A DNA stretch of 64,000 bases from Eimeria praecox (Eukaryota), in assembly GCA_963920595.1 (NCBI GenBank), contig OY986948.1, positions 2,604,001 through 2,668,000 on the forward strand. Direction: 5' to 3'. Below are positions 43,301-54,110 of this stretch, piece after piece. Each line of letters begins with the position of its first letter. The stretch's first letter is position 1. The translations under genes were made by a program, and so were the position numbers. A model generated the notes under the pieces. It did no database searches, was not told the DNA's origin, and saw nothing but the letters and a program-made list of their open reading frames with translations.

Positions 43301-45850
43301 ACACGAAGCCATTAAACGGAGACTTCGTTTGTCATCGAGGTCGAAACAGCAACAAGCTGTAGTCCACAAAGAGAAAGGACCCAAGCCCCTCACGCTACAC
43401 TATGGGTTATTAAAGCACCTACCTCCGCTCCCTGGCCACCAAACACGATGCCATCGAATACAAAACCACCAAATTCCGTTTTGCTGTTAAACGCCAGCCC
43501 GCTTGACTCAGCCAGTCGAAAGACGACGACAGCCGCCAGCAACGCGCGCGCCTAATTCAATGCCTACTAGTGAGCCGCTGGTGGTTCCAACTCACCCACA
43601 GCAGCACCTAAGCTAGTCCTCAAGAGATGTCAATCGAAATCATCGTTTGCTGTAGGCACGCTTGAACCTACGTGGCCGTCTGTGGCCTATGCATGCACAA
43701 CTAGCCTTCAGCCTGTGCGTGTCCCTTGACAAACCAAGCCTTCCCGCACTTTCTGTATCGTAGCATATGTACCACCATGATATGCTCGCCTTATAAGAAA
43801 TTGCTTACTCGGCTGACGTCGTGTGGCCATTCTAAGCCGTCACGCTGTATCACACAGCAATCAGGTAAAGCCTCGCAGGCCAGCCTGCGCCAGCCGTTTT
43901 GGTGGCTGATGCTCTATCGGAACAGTTTGTACCCTTGCACTACCAGCAAACCGCAACAGACGGAATACTCAATGGCGCACCCAGCATTCTTCGCCAGATG
44001 GTGCTCTACCGTACCATGTCAAAACCAAACCACAGCACCGTCCATCACCAGCCTAATAACATCCCCACCTCCGTGTGTCACAGGAAATGTTGCAAAAGTA
44101 GCTCTAGTCATAAATGCACTGACGCCATCAAGCCCTTCGCATCTAGCCGGCACTGTGATGCAGATTGCTCTTGACAGGACGTGACGGACGCCCAATTCAA
44201 TCGTTGAAAGAACGCCTGCCTTGTACTGCACACTCAACAAGCTCGCAAGTGAATGATTGGCCAATTCTGCCGGTGTAAGAAATACCTGTACCCTAGATAT
44301 TTGACCAGGCGTCTTGGTAGAAGTGACCCACATGCTGTATCCAGTGCGCCGGCTTGCCATCCAATGCTTAGCCAACTCAGCAGCTGGGATCGTCAGATTC
44401 TGCGGCGCAAATCACATGATCCTGTGCTTCGCCTTCCGGGCTTCACAGCATCTGCATACGGGCCCTACCAGCATGCGCTCACCAACGCCAGCCATGCTCT
44501 TCCTGCTACTCTGCATCAGCCGCCACCATAATGCGCACTACGCACGCTGCCTAAGTACTGTTGTTGTCTCGAAGGAGGTCGGTTCTCTGCTGTACATTGC
44601 GGGGAGCAATGTCCCGCTGCGCTCGTTTCAAACTACGTAAGATTTAGTCATTTTTATTTCAACATGCTGAACCAATCTTTTATCCACAAGCGGCAGGCTA
44701 CATAAGGGGGATGACTTGCTCTACAGGCTAACGCACCTCCTACGGCAGCACGCACAGGGCAGCAATGCCAGGGTTTGCCATTTTTGCTGCAGGATCCATG
44801 AAAACACCTACTCATGTCGGGTACAGCTTTGCCTTCGCTCAGCAGGTAAAATGCACATCCGGTGCTTCATGAAGTGTTCATACCACTCAATTAGTCGAAC
44901 CATCCATCACGAAAGGTATTTGCACATGTGAAACTACCAGCGGTGTAAAACCCTACTACGCAGCGGCCAACCAGCGGTGGGCCTGAGCCAGGAGGGCATT
45001 CTACCGCTCACTAGAAAATAAAACTCACTAAGACAGCCTGTGTACTAATCCGTCCGTTCATGATCCCAGCTGCACGTCAAAAAGAGGGCCACTCCGCCGA
45101 CTAGATAGCATGCTGAGACTCTTTCCAAGCAGTATCCTGCAATTTCATAATCTGCAACACCAACCCAGCATCCCCCGCGTTCGGGGACAAACCGTGCAGA
45201 CGCCGAATGCAACTACCAGTTTTGCCACGCATCGCAAGTCGCTCCTGCAGAGCCTAACCAGCACACAACAAAAGGGCATGTGCAAGCCACCCCTGCTTAA
45301 GTAGTGCAGTGTTCTTTAAACCTGTGTATACCCACGAGCTGTATGTTGCCGACACTACGCACTATGAAGGCTATCATCAGGCCGCTGACTCGCGCTTCAG
45401 CGCAGCATGCTTTCAAAAGCTCGCTCAAGAGTGCGAGCGCAACACGGTAACAAACGAAGCATCAACCAGGTAGAAAACACAGAAACCGGTTCCGCCTCCG
45501 ATGATTTTCCTCTTTACCGCCCACTACGCATTCGTCTTTGGGAACGGTGTCCACTCGCCTTACAGTGATGGAAGCGTCACTGAGCCTGCACAACTGGAGG
45601 GTGCCTGAGGCTCCGCAGAGGCTGCTCAATATTGAGCCTACTGCACCACCAACCGAAATGTAAGATTTCAACACAGTATCTACTTAGTGTTTCGTAGATC
45701 AAAGCGGATGCGCGCTGGCCAGCAGATCCGTGCTTCCCAGAACTGGAAATGGCTCTTGGGATGGCTGCGAGGCAACAGAGTCTGCGATTTCCAGCATATC
45801 CCGGCCGCTCAGCAAGGCGGGCAAGCAAAGAGCTGAAACTTGCTCTTGGC
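34344..45850. repeat. Subtype C mosaic tandem units, periods 4600 and 4609 bp
   Basis: TAATTCAATGCCTACTAGTGAGCCGCT occurs at 34344, 38944 and 43553. Matching ORFs occur at 34517/39117/43726. Internal blocks are shared pairwise between copies. Confidence 0.95.
40103..41263 (-). pseudogene. Best-preserved remnant of the putative decayed minus-strand gene carried by the array unit (family unknown)
   Basis: Four successive minus-strand ORFs tile this interval. RSMAIANALRNAWLAEAIFGGCEQDLM aligns without gaps to RSFIRATAFRDGWLADAIFSELEEDII (11158-11239, minus strand) with several synonymous codon differences. Homologous copies carry stops or frameshifts. Confidence 0.5.
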
Positions 45851-47945
45851 AGGGCAGTAGCCACCTCGGTATATATTAACGCCGATAATGTGGGCAAGCT
45901 ACAGACACAGCAATGCCCCGCCTACAAGGGAGCTTGGTACCCCGGCCAAGCACTAATGCTGGAATGCTCGAGATTGAAGGATACATGAGCAGGAGCCCTT
46001 GACATTCTCCGCGGGATCCAGCTTCTTCCCACAAGTTATGAAACGCTTTTGAACCGCGTCATATCTATGGAGCGTCGCATGCATAATAAGTATGGCTGGG
46101 CCGAAATACAGAATCACTTCGTCAACCACAGATGCAACGCACCAAGGTAATAGGCATGTACGAGAGGTCGCATTCTACCCAGCAGGCTTCCCATAGGTTT
46201 AGTGCCAACTCCTGCTTGCCCCGCCCATATTGAGGCAAAAGATCGCTGCACTGGGCGCCCACCAGAGTCGGAATGAGGCTCCACTACACGTACTGGAAAC
46301 AGCTTCGCCAAAATAGAGAGTGTGAAGCTGTGCACCCATCGCACTGAACAGGATTATCGTCAGTCAATTTCAAGCCAGACGTGCAGACAGCACAAACACG
46401 CCCGACGGAAAACAGCCTTACTAGGCCCGGACGCCTCCTGAGGAGTTTCCAAGCGGGGTTCGATGCCCTTAAAATATTGGATTTACATCATTATACTGGG
46501 CCTCTTCAGACTTGGCTCCCTATAACGGACAGCTCTGAAGGAATTTGCTGGGCAGTCGTGCTTCTGTAGGTGCGCAGTTCCATCGTGCAGAAGCTGAATA
46601 AACAATCTAGTTCCGCCCCACGTTATGCTGAAACTTCTTTTCTACTCTCAACTAACACTCAGTATACGCACACCATATCCTGCTCCTTCTTGTACAAATT
46701 CGATTGCCCCTGTGTACGGACCCACCTTCTGGAACAATGTCGACGCCAAGCGTTGTATGTGCTAGTATGCAGCAAGCATATCGCAACCTCTATTCACTTA
46801 TGTTGGCACCATATAGTGGGCTTATGGGGCCACACCCATGCAAACACACGATGCTAGGATGGGAAACCTGCAGAACTGCGCTTCTTCCGCTGCTCATATT
46901 CGTATCGCATAACGACTCCTTGATTAAAAAGGCAAACGGCCAGGCTAGAGTGGCCTCCTCGAACTTCGGCGGTTTGATAATGTTCAAAGCAGTACGCATA
47001 TCACCAATAATCGTGCAACAACAACATATGCTTCAGCCGTGGTGCCTCCTTCACTGCGCTTCAGAACACTCTATGGGCGTGATCTGCCTGTAGCACTCAT
47101 GTTCCCCTTCGAGCTATTGCAGGCAGCCTTGCATGCACCTGCCACGGTACTTCCCAACCTAAGGAAAGATGGGTGGGCTTGCGAGAGGGAAGCCAAAGTA
47201 TGCAATTGACTAATGCCACTCTGGCCAAATGCAGCATCCCACGATTCAATCGTAGTGCTTTCCCATCACGATTACAAATATTTTGGCATAATGTTCATCA
47301 GGCACAACTCGAAAATTAGAACATGCCATATAAGCGCTGCTAAGGGGTTCGGTTTGGTGCACAGAGAGAGGGTAAATGCCATAGTTACCATGAGCAACCC
47401 GTGCTTCCGTGAAACCAAACCCTAGGATGAACGTCCATGAACACATGTTGCATGCATACCACCAATACTTAACAAATGAGCAGCCAGCCTTTTCGATGTC
47501 TGCCTTCACTGTGAATCCACACGCGGTCCCAACTCGGATCAAGGGTGCTGCATCCAGTAAACAGGGAAACAACTTTCACAGTCGGCAAGGACGAAAACAC
47601 GGCGGGGTGAAGCAGGAGCCAGAATACTTCTTCCCTCTGTTTAGCATCTCTTTTTAGAGCTTTTTCAAAACGTTTGATAAGGAATTAGTGATCTCAGCAA
47701 TTCACATTAGCCTGTTGCACGGCTGCAGTCCTTTCCCCAGTGGAGGCTGTTGAAGTTCATAAATATTCATGTCCCAACCCTCTCCCGTTGCCTTCCTCAG
47801 TGCGATGGGCTTTCCTTCTAATAAACCATTTGAAAACATGGGAATATATATATATATATATATATACATTGCTGCTGCACGCTGATCGTAGCGCTGGAGG
47901 GTTCTGCAAAGCGCATATGAGCAATCTGCTTATCTGAATACGTAC

Positions 47946-48236
47946 AGAAATGAATACTGCATCTTCTTTGTGTTTTTTTTTGTATTTCAACAACCTGAAG
48001 TAGCGGTAAAGTGTGTATGCTGTGGCAGCGGAAACAATCAGGAAGGAGGCTCTCATGACAGACCTGCTATCCCGTTCCTTCTTGGTCCTCTCTAATACGG
48101 TGTTGCTCTCAGAAGGAACAGCTTCCTGTTGTTCGACATAGGAACTTGAAGGTGAGGATACCTCAGGTTCCAGGCCTTGGCTGACCGCCGTAAGGAACGC
48201 CAGACTGGTGACGATGAGTCGAATGAAACGCCGCAT
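47946..48236 (-). CDS. First exon (97 codons) of a hypothetical secreted or membrane protein; downstream exons unresolved
   Basis: MRRFIRLIVTSLAFLTAVSQG resembles a signal peptide. It is followed by an acidic/Ser-rich spacer, a hydrophobic segment (ASFLIVSAATAYTLY) and a basic stop-transfer stretch (RYFRLLKYKKKHK). A GTACGT donor lies at 47945, and read-through would run into a (TA)n tract. Confidence 0.65.
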
Positions 48237-48959
48237 TCTGTGTATAAATATAAGCAGATGTTTACAGCATACAAATTGCAAATAACTAAAATTTATTACT
48301 TCAAGACATTTGAACAGATAAGTCCATTGTCCTTAGGTTGCCTAAACACGCGGCGTCGATGTTGGTTCAGTCCTACACTGCTCCGTTACCACGAAGGACC
48401 CGTCCTCCAGCATGGCTTGTCTACAGCTCTTGAGCTTACTTGTACTAGTATAAAGATAGAGAATAATGAGAGATAAATAATTATTGAACAAGTGTCTACA
48501 GTTTTTGCGTGCATGCAACTGAAAGGTTCCTTATACCGTTATCGTTATTGTATCATACATAGTCTTTGCGATCGTCTCGTGTTCTGTGTGAGTTTGTGAT
48601 ATTCTTGTCTACTTACTTGTACAGATTTGAGTCCGGCTATGTATAGCAACACCCTAACTGTTTAAAGATAGCCTAAAACTATAATATAGTGTTAGAGCAT
48701 GCAGCAAGCAGCAGATTGGTTGTGCTTGTACGTGGTGTTGGTGTTGCATGGTTAGTACAGCAAGATACATTGAAGCCTCTATGAGAGGCCAGCCCATCTC
48801 CCCACCAGCCCCATACCCATAGGGAGATTGGCTCTGAGCGTCTGAGCGTCTGATGGCTGAGAGGGCGGCTGTCTGCTGTTTTAGCCTTGGCTTGGGGGCT
48901 TTGACTCTACGGTATCTCGCGATGCTCCTCAATCTTAGCAAAGATTGAGGACTCACTAT

Positions 48960-50353
48960 AATAAAACAGGAAAATCGAGGCAGTCATAGAAACAAAACCC
49001 GAAAAAACACAAGACAGAACAGCGCAAACAAATAAAAATAATGAAAGAACGCCCAATGTAGACAAGCAAAAACAGGCACAAAAACACGAACGAAGCAGTA
49101 CAAACAAAAAAAAACAACAAGAGAAACAAACAAATAAACAAAACAAAGCAACGGCGAAGCACCCTTAAGTGCCGTATATGTTCATACAGCTATGACTAAT
49201 AATGAAGAGATAACAAGAATAACTACCTTTCTGGCATGTTTGTCTTTGCCCGTTCATTTTATTCTTTGTCTCTGTTTCCTTCTCCGACTCTGCTTGCGTC
49301 TCTGTTTATTTGTTCTTCTTTGTCTCTGTATATCCCTTTGTCTCCTCTGTCTGTTTCTGTCTCTCTTTGTTTCTGTCCCTGCCTTCCTATTCGTCCTTTC
49401 TTGGTCTCTGTCTCTACTTTTTTTGTGTCTCCTGTCTCCTTGTTTGTCCTCCTTTGTTTCTGTCTTAGTCTGTTTCTCTCTCTTCTCTTTCGTTTTGTCT
49501 CTGTCTCTCTCTCCGTCGTCGTCTCCGTCTCTGTCTCCCCTTTAACTGCTCTCTTTCTCTTCGTTTCTATTTCTCTTTTCCTCCCCTTCTTTGTTTCTTT
49601 GTCTCTCGTCTTTCATTCTCCCCCCCCCCCCCTCCCGTCGTTGCTTCTCTATTTGCCCCTCTTTCCTTTTCCATCTCTCTCTTCGCGTTGCCCTTCGTCT
49701 CTTTCTGTCTCTGTCTCATTCTTTGTGTCCCTGGCTGTTTCTCGCGCTCTCTGTATCGCTTTCTCCCTGTATCTCTGTCTCTGTCCCTGTCTCCGTTTCT
49801 CTCTGTTTGTGTCACTATCCTTCCCTGTGCCTTCCTGTCTCTGTCTGTTTCTCTCTGTCTCTGTCCCTCTTCGTCCTTATCTGTCTGTCTCTGTCCGTCT
49901 CTGTCTCTCTCTGCCTCTGTTTCTCTGTGCCTCCCGCTGTCTGCGTGTGTATCTCTCGCTGTCCCTCTCTGTCTCTCTCTATCTGCCCCTCGCTGTCTCC
50001 CGCTGTCTTTGTATCTCTGTGGCCGTCTCTGCCTCTCTTTGTTTTCCGTTGTCTCCCTCTTTCTCTGTGTTTCCCGCTGTCTGTCTGTCACTATCTGTCT
50101 CTCCCTCTCTGTCTCTCTCTGCCTCAGTTTCTGTTTCTCCTTGTCTCTCTCTCTCTGTCTCTTCCTGGCTCAATTTCTCCCTGTCGCTTTCTGTCTCTTG
50201 TTGTCTCTCCCTCTCTCTCTGTCTCTCGCTGTCTCTGCTCGTTTCTGTCTCTTCCTTTGTGTGTCTGTCTCTCTTCTTCTCTCCTTTTGTCTCTGTTTGC
50301 GCCTTTGCCCTACTCGCTTTTTCTTTTTGTCTTTGCAGCTTCTTATCCCCTTC

Positions 50354-50395
<42 letters not shown>

Positions 50396-50700
50396 GGTTT
50401 TGCTGTTTGTCTCTACTTCTTTTCGTCTCATGTTTTCTCTTCGTCTCTTCTTCGGTATCGCTTTCCCCCGTCGTCGCTCTCTGTCTTATTCTCCGTCTTT
50501 CTCGATCCCTCGCCTTTTCTTCATGTGTCTCCGTCTCCCTGTCTCCTTTGTTTTACTGTTGTCTCCGTCCCCCATAACTGTCTATGTGTCTCTTCGTCTG
50601 TCTCTTCCTCCCTTTCTTGTCTCTCGGTGCCTCTGTCCCTGATTTCGTCGCTGTCTCCTCGTCTCGTGCCTCTCTCCTTCTGTGTCTGTCTCCTAGTGCC
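48960..50700. repeat. Low-complexity tract: A-rich (CAAA-like) stretch, then about 1.45 kb of pyrimidine-rich (CT/CTGT/TGTCTC) degenerate repeat
   Basis: Directly visible. The plus strand is almost free of adenine from about 49230 to 50700, which explains the long spurious L/S/V/C ORFs. Confidence 0.95.
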
Positions 50701-51372
50701 TTAGACATAGTTGTCCCTTAAATATAGCGTCTCCCTCAGGACTGTTCCTTTCTTAAAGATTGTTTACTACACAAATTAGACCCTCTAGCTAGCTCCTTCC
50801 CCTTGTTTCTAGTTGCTATTTCCCTATAAAATGTACCTCTTTGAAGGACTCTCTCTTCTAACAGATAGTGTCTCTTTCAACAATGTCTCCCTTCATATAT
50901 TGTACGCTTTTAAGGATTGTCTCCTTTAATATACCTTTTCAAACAGACAGTCTTTCCAGCCCCTAACCCCCGCCCACCCCCCATTACCCCCCATCCCCAA
51001 CCCTCCCTCCCTACCCCTCCTCTCCCTAACCCCCCCCTCCCCCTCCCTATCCCGTCTCCCGCCCCGGCCCCCCCCTTAAAGAAGATTGTCTCTTCTATAA
51101 GACTGTCTATCTTTAAAGATTCAGTTGCCCATGTCCTCTTTGGGAAAACCCTTTAGAAAGGGCCCTGGGGTGTCTCTACAGGTCAAGAAGAGACAATCCC
51201 TCTCTCCTTCTTCGTCAGAAGGCTAGGGCGATATATATTTAACTAATAAATGCATTTCTTGATTACTGCTGCTGTCGTGCACACAGGAAGGAAAGCCCCA
51301 AAGATGCACCAAAAGCCAATTTGCATGCGTTGTCAACGATACAGATAAACACTGTACTCTTTCCACGAGCAG

Positions 51373-51374
<2 letters not shown>

Positions 51375-51428
<54 letters not shown>

Positions 51429-51515
51429 CACCGTACCCGAGACACATACACATACATTCAGATACGCATTTACGTACTTACACATATACATGCATACATA
51501 CGGCTGCATACATTG

Positions 51516-51574
<59 letters not shown>
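51375..51574. repeat. (TA)n microsatellites
   Basis: Two TA runs, at about 51375-51422 and 51527-51574. Confidence 0.95.
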
Positions 51575-51576
<2 letters not shown>

Positions 51577-51627
51577 TGCCTATTATATATGTAATCTTAC
51601 AGCAGCTCCACAGCTACTCTGCGGCTC

Positions 51628-51917
51628 TTGCATGCATCCTCCCACACTTCGGTGCACGCGTGAAAGCATGCATGCAATGATATGCATGTAAGAAAAATGC
51701 ATGCATGCACAATTCATGCATGCATGCATGCAAGGATATGCATGCATAAACAAGCATGCACGCACAAGTATGCATGCAAGAACTTCTCTGTAACCCATCA
51801 CTGTATGCGCGAACTATGCATGCATGCATGCATGCATGCATGCATGCATGCATGCACAGTTTGGGTGCATGCATGCATGCATGCACAGTTTGGGTGCATG
51901 CATGCATGCATGCATGC
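51628..51917. repeat. TGCATGCA/(TGCA)n palindromic repeat cluster
   Basis: Many tandem TGCA units, for example 51817-51855 and 51895-51917. This is a well-known Eimeria non-coding motif. Confidence 0.95.
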
Positions 51918-52168
51918 GAACTCGTCAGCCGAGGGGGAAGTGTCCCTAGAATGTGTTTTGGTTCTGCATTCAGCTGCACGCTTATCTTTTGTTTGGAGCT
52001 ATTGACTGTATACCCGTTGCTGTTGTTTCTTTAACTGTGCTTCTGCTGCCGTTGCTGCTGTTGCTGCTGTTGCTGCTGCTGTTCTTGCCGTTTCCGCTAC
52101 CGCAGTTTCTTCTGCTGCTGCAGTTTCTTCTGCTGCTGCAATATCTTCTTCTACAGCTGTTATTCGCC

Positions 52169-54067
52169 CTAACATGTGATGCCTTTGACGCAGACCTGTG
52201 CGTACAGCGTATATCCTCTTGTCCACGGCTCCGACAGCAGCACAACTCCTTCAATTGTTTTTGCAAGAGCTGCAACTGTCTCTGACAGACTCAAACCTTT
52301 AACTTCTCTTGCTGTTGTAGTCTCTCCCGCACCAAGACAGGAGAACCCCGTAATGCGCATTCTGCATGCTAGGTTGCTACCTAGTCGGGCTCCTGTTACT
52401 GCTGTCTGTCTGCTGCTGCTGCTGCTACGTGCAGCAGCAGCTGCATGCGTTGAAGCAGCACCGTGTGTATGAACGCTTTGATGTGGTCTTGTTGAAGATG
52501 ATGTAGAAGCCCTTCCTCCTCTCCCCCCAGGTCTAACAGAAGGTTGAGGAGAAGCCACAATATATTCATCATCAAGAATATCAAAAGCAGCAGAATATTC
52601 TGTAGATCTCCACAATCTTCTTCTTCTCTGTAAGGCAGTTGAGACTATGACAGGACATGAGGGCCCCCCTGCATGCACGATTCGAATTAACATTGTTAAT
52701 GCAGAAATAAGAACTGAATCTTGAGGTACTACAAACCCTGAGGCTGTTCGTAATAGCTGTATTTGCATGTAATGTACAGCTTCACGAAGATGAGGGTCTC
52801 TTCGGCATGGAGGGGGCTGCATAGAAGAGGCGAAACACACTATTTCAACATCTATCCTTCTCACGATTAGCTGCACAGCTTGTCCACATGATACTCCCTC
52901 CTTAACTGCTGCTGCTGCTGCATCCAAGAAATTAATTTGCTGCTGCAGACGATCCCACACGATCCCAAGCTCCTTATTTGGGGGCTCTAATTGTGATAAC
53001 ATATGTCTAACAAGCAACATACGACTATGAGCTAGGAATCGTGTAGGAGGCGGCCGTATGTAATCTTTACTTAATATACCTAAATATACAATAACACCAA
53101 ATGCTGTCTCTACCCCTCCTCCAATATTTGTTTCATTAACAGCTTCAGCTAATTTCATAGGCATATCTTCTGCTGTAGCAGCACGAAGCTCTGCTGCAGG
53201 CTCGAAGAGCGTTCTCTCTCTCTCTAAGAAAGGCACACTGTACACCTCCATCAAAGAACCTTCTATACGTATAACCCCATACGATGTAGCTTTATGTCCA
53301 TATATTTTGGTTCTATTACTCCATGAAGAAACAGCAGCACGAAGAAGAGAGACAGGAGGTACCAAGAATGGGGATGATGTACCTGTCTCTGATAGGCGAG
53401 GAGGTTTAACACCATACACAAAAACTAAAGAAACAGCTGCTTCAGGCACTCTTTGTTTTACTAAATGTACTAATACATTACATACACTTTGTGGTCTTGG
53501 TCCTGCAAATGCCCCACTAATATCTAAAAACGTTAGAGGTTTACTAAAACGTTTAAGAGCTTGTGTTTCTGCTACAACAGCAGCTACACGATCTACCATG
53601 GTTTCTAGCACATGTTCTTTAAGATGCATTGAAGATAACTTCGATACAAACAATTGTACTTCTTGTAGAGCACTTTCTTGTTGCTGTCGGGCTAACTGTT
53701 GAAGTTCTTGTTCTGCTAATTCTTGAAAAAGACGAAACATATTTTGCATGCGACTACGTGCTCTTCGAAGCCCCAAACTCGTTGCTATTCTTCCTTCTTC
53801 TGCTATTTCTAATACCTTATCAAGTTCTTTATTGCTAGTCTTTACACGTTCTAACACTGCAGCTATCTCTTCTTCTAGTTCCCCTAGTTGTTCTGCTGCT
53901 GCTGCATGCAAAGCTGCTCTATACTCCTGCAACATACCCCAGATACGACCCCCCGCGGGGCCTAATAACAAATCAACCTTCCGCTCTAACTCCTCTAGCT
54001 TTGATTCAAACGGACCTGTACAAAAAACAAACCCTAAACCCTAAACCCTCGTATATATATACTAAAC

Positions 54068-54110
<43 letters not shown>

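Larger units (their letters stand above)
1..46040. repeat. Large tandem array of about 10 homologous 4.3-5.2 kb units; open at the left edge, right end approximate
   Basis: A collinear anchor (CGCAC.T.CTG.AT...AC.AT.AT) recurs at about 140, 4856, 9568, 13880, 18953, 24150, 29345, 34536, 39136 and 43745. Other anchors recur in the same order in all subtypes: ACCTCCTGAA (2891, 11901, 36976), TG.(G/A)TCCAGTG (864, 14560, 35127) and GCCCTA..A.C..GCG (1017, 14724, 35253). Confidence 0.93.

Noticed and set aside
1..46040. Array as a sag (surface antigen) gene cluster
   Set aside because: The setting fits, but by eye I found no SAG motifs or signal-peptide/GPI exons on either strand. A profile search is needed to exclude it fully.
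1..46040. Array as LTR retrotransposons, rDNA/5S repeats or CRISPR
   Set aside because: No terminal repeats, no gag/RT/integrase motifs, no recognisable rRNA or tRNA sequence, and no short repeat-spacer periodicity.
48654..48956. 100-aa minus-strand ORF
   Set aside because: GTG start, no recognisable motif and no supported splice partners.
48950..48960. GACTCACTATA, resembling part of the T7 promoter
   Set aside because: Only an 11-nt match with no other vector sequence, so probably chance.
49192..50704. Long L/S/V/C-rich ORFs up to 468 aa
   Set aside because: Artefacts of an adenine-poor low-complexity tract that cannot form stop codons.
51999..52226. Alternative C-terminal frame (AVEEDIAAAEETAAAEE...) for the 913-aa gene
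   Set aside because: It looks protein-like but derives from CAG repeats, and I found no splice that joins it in frame. Treated as 3' UTR unless a frameshift error exists.
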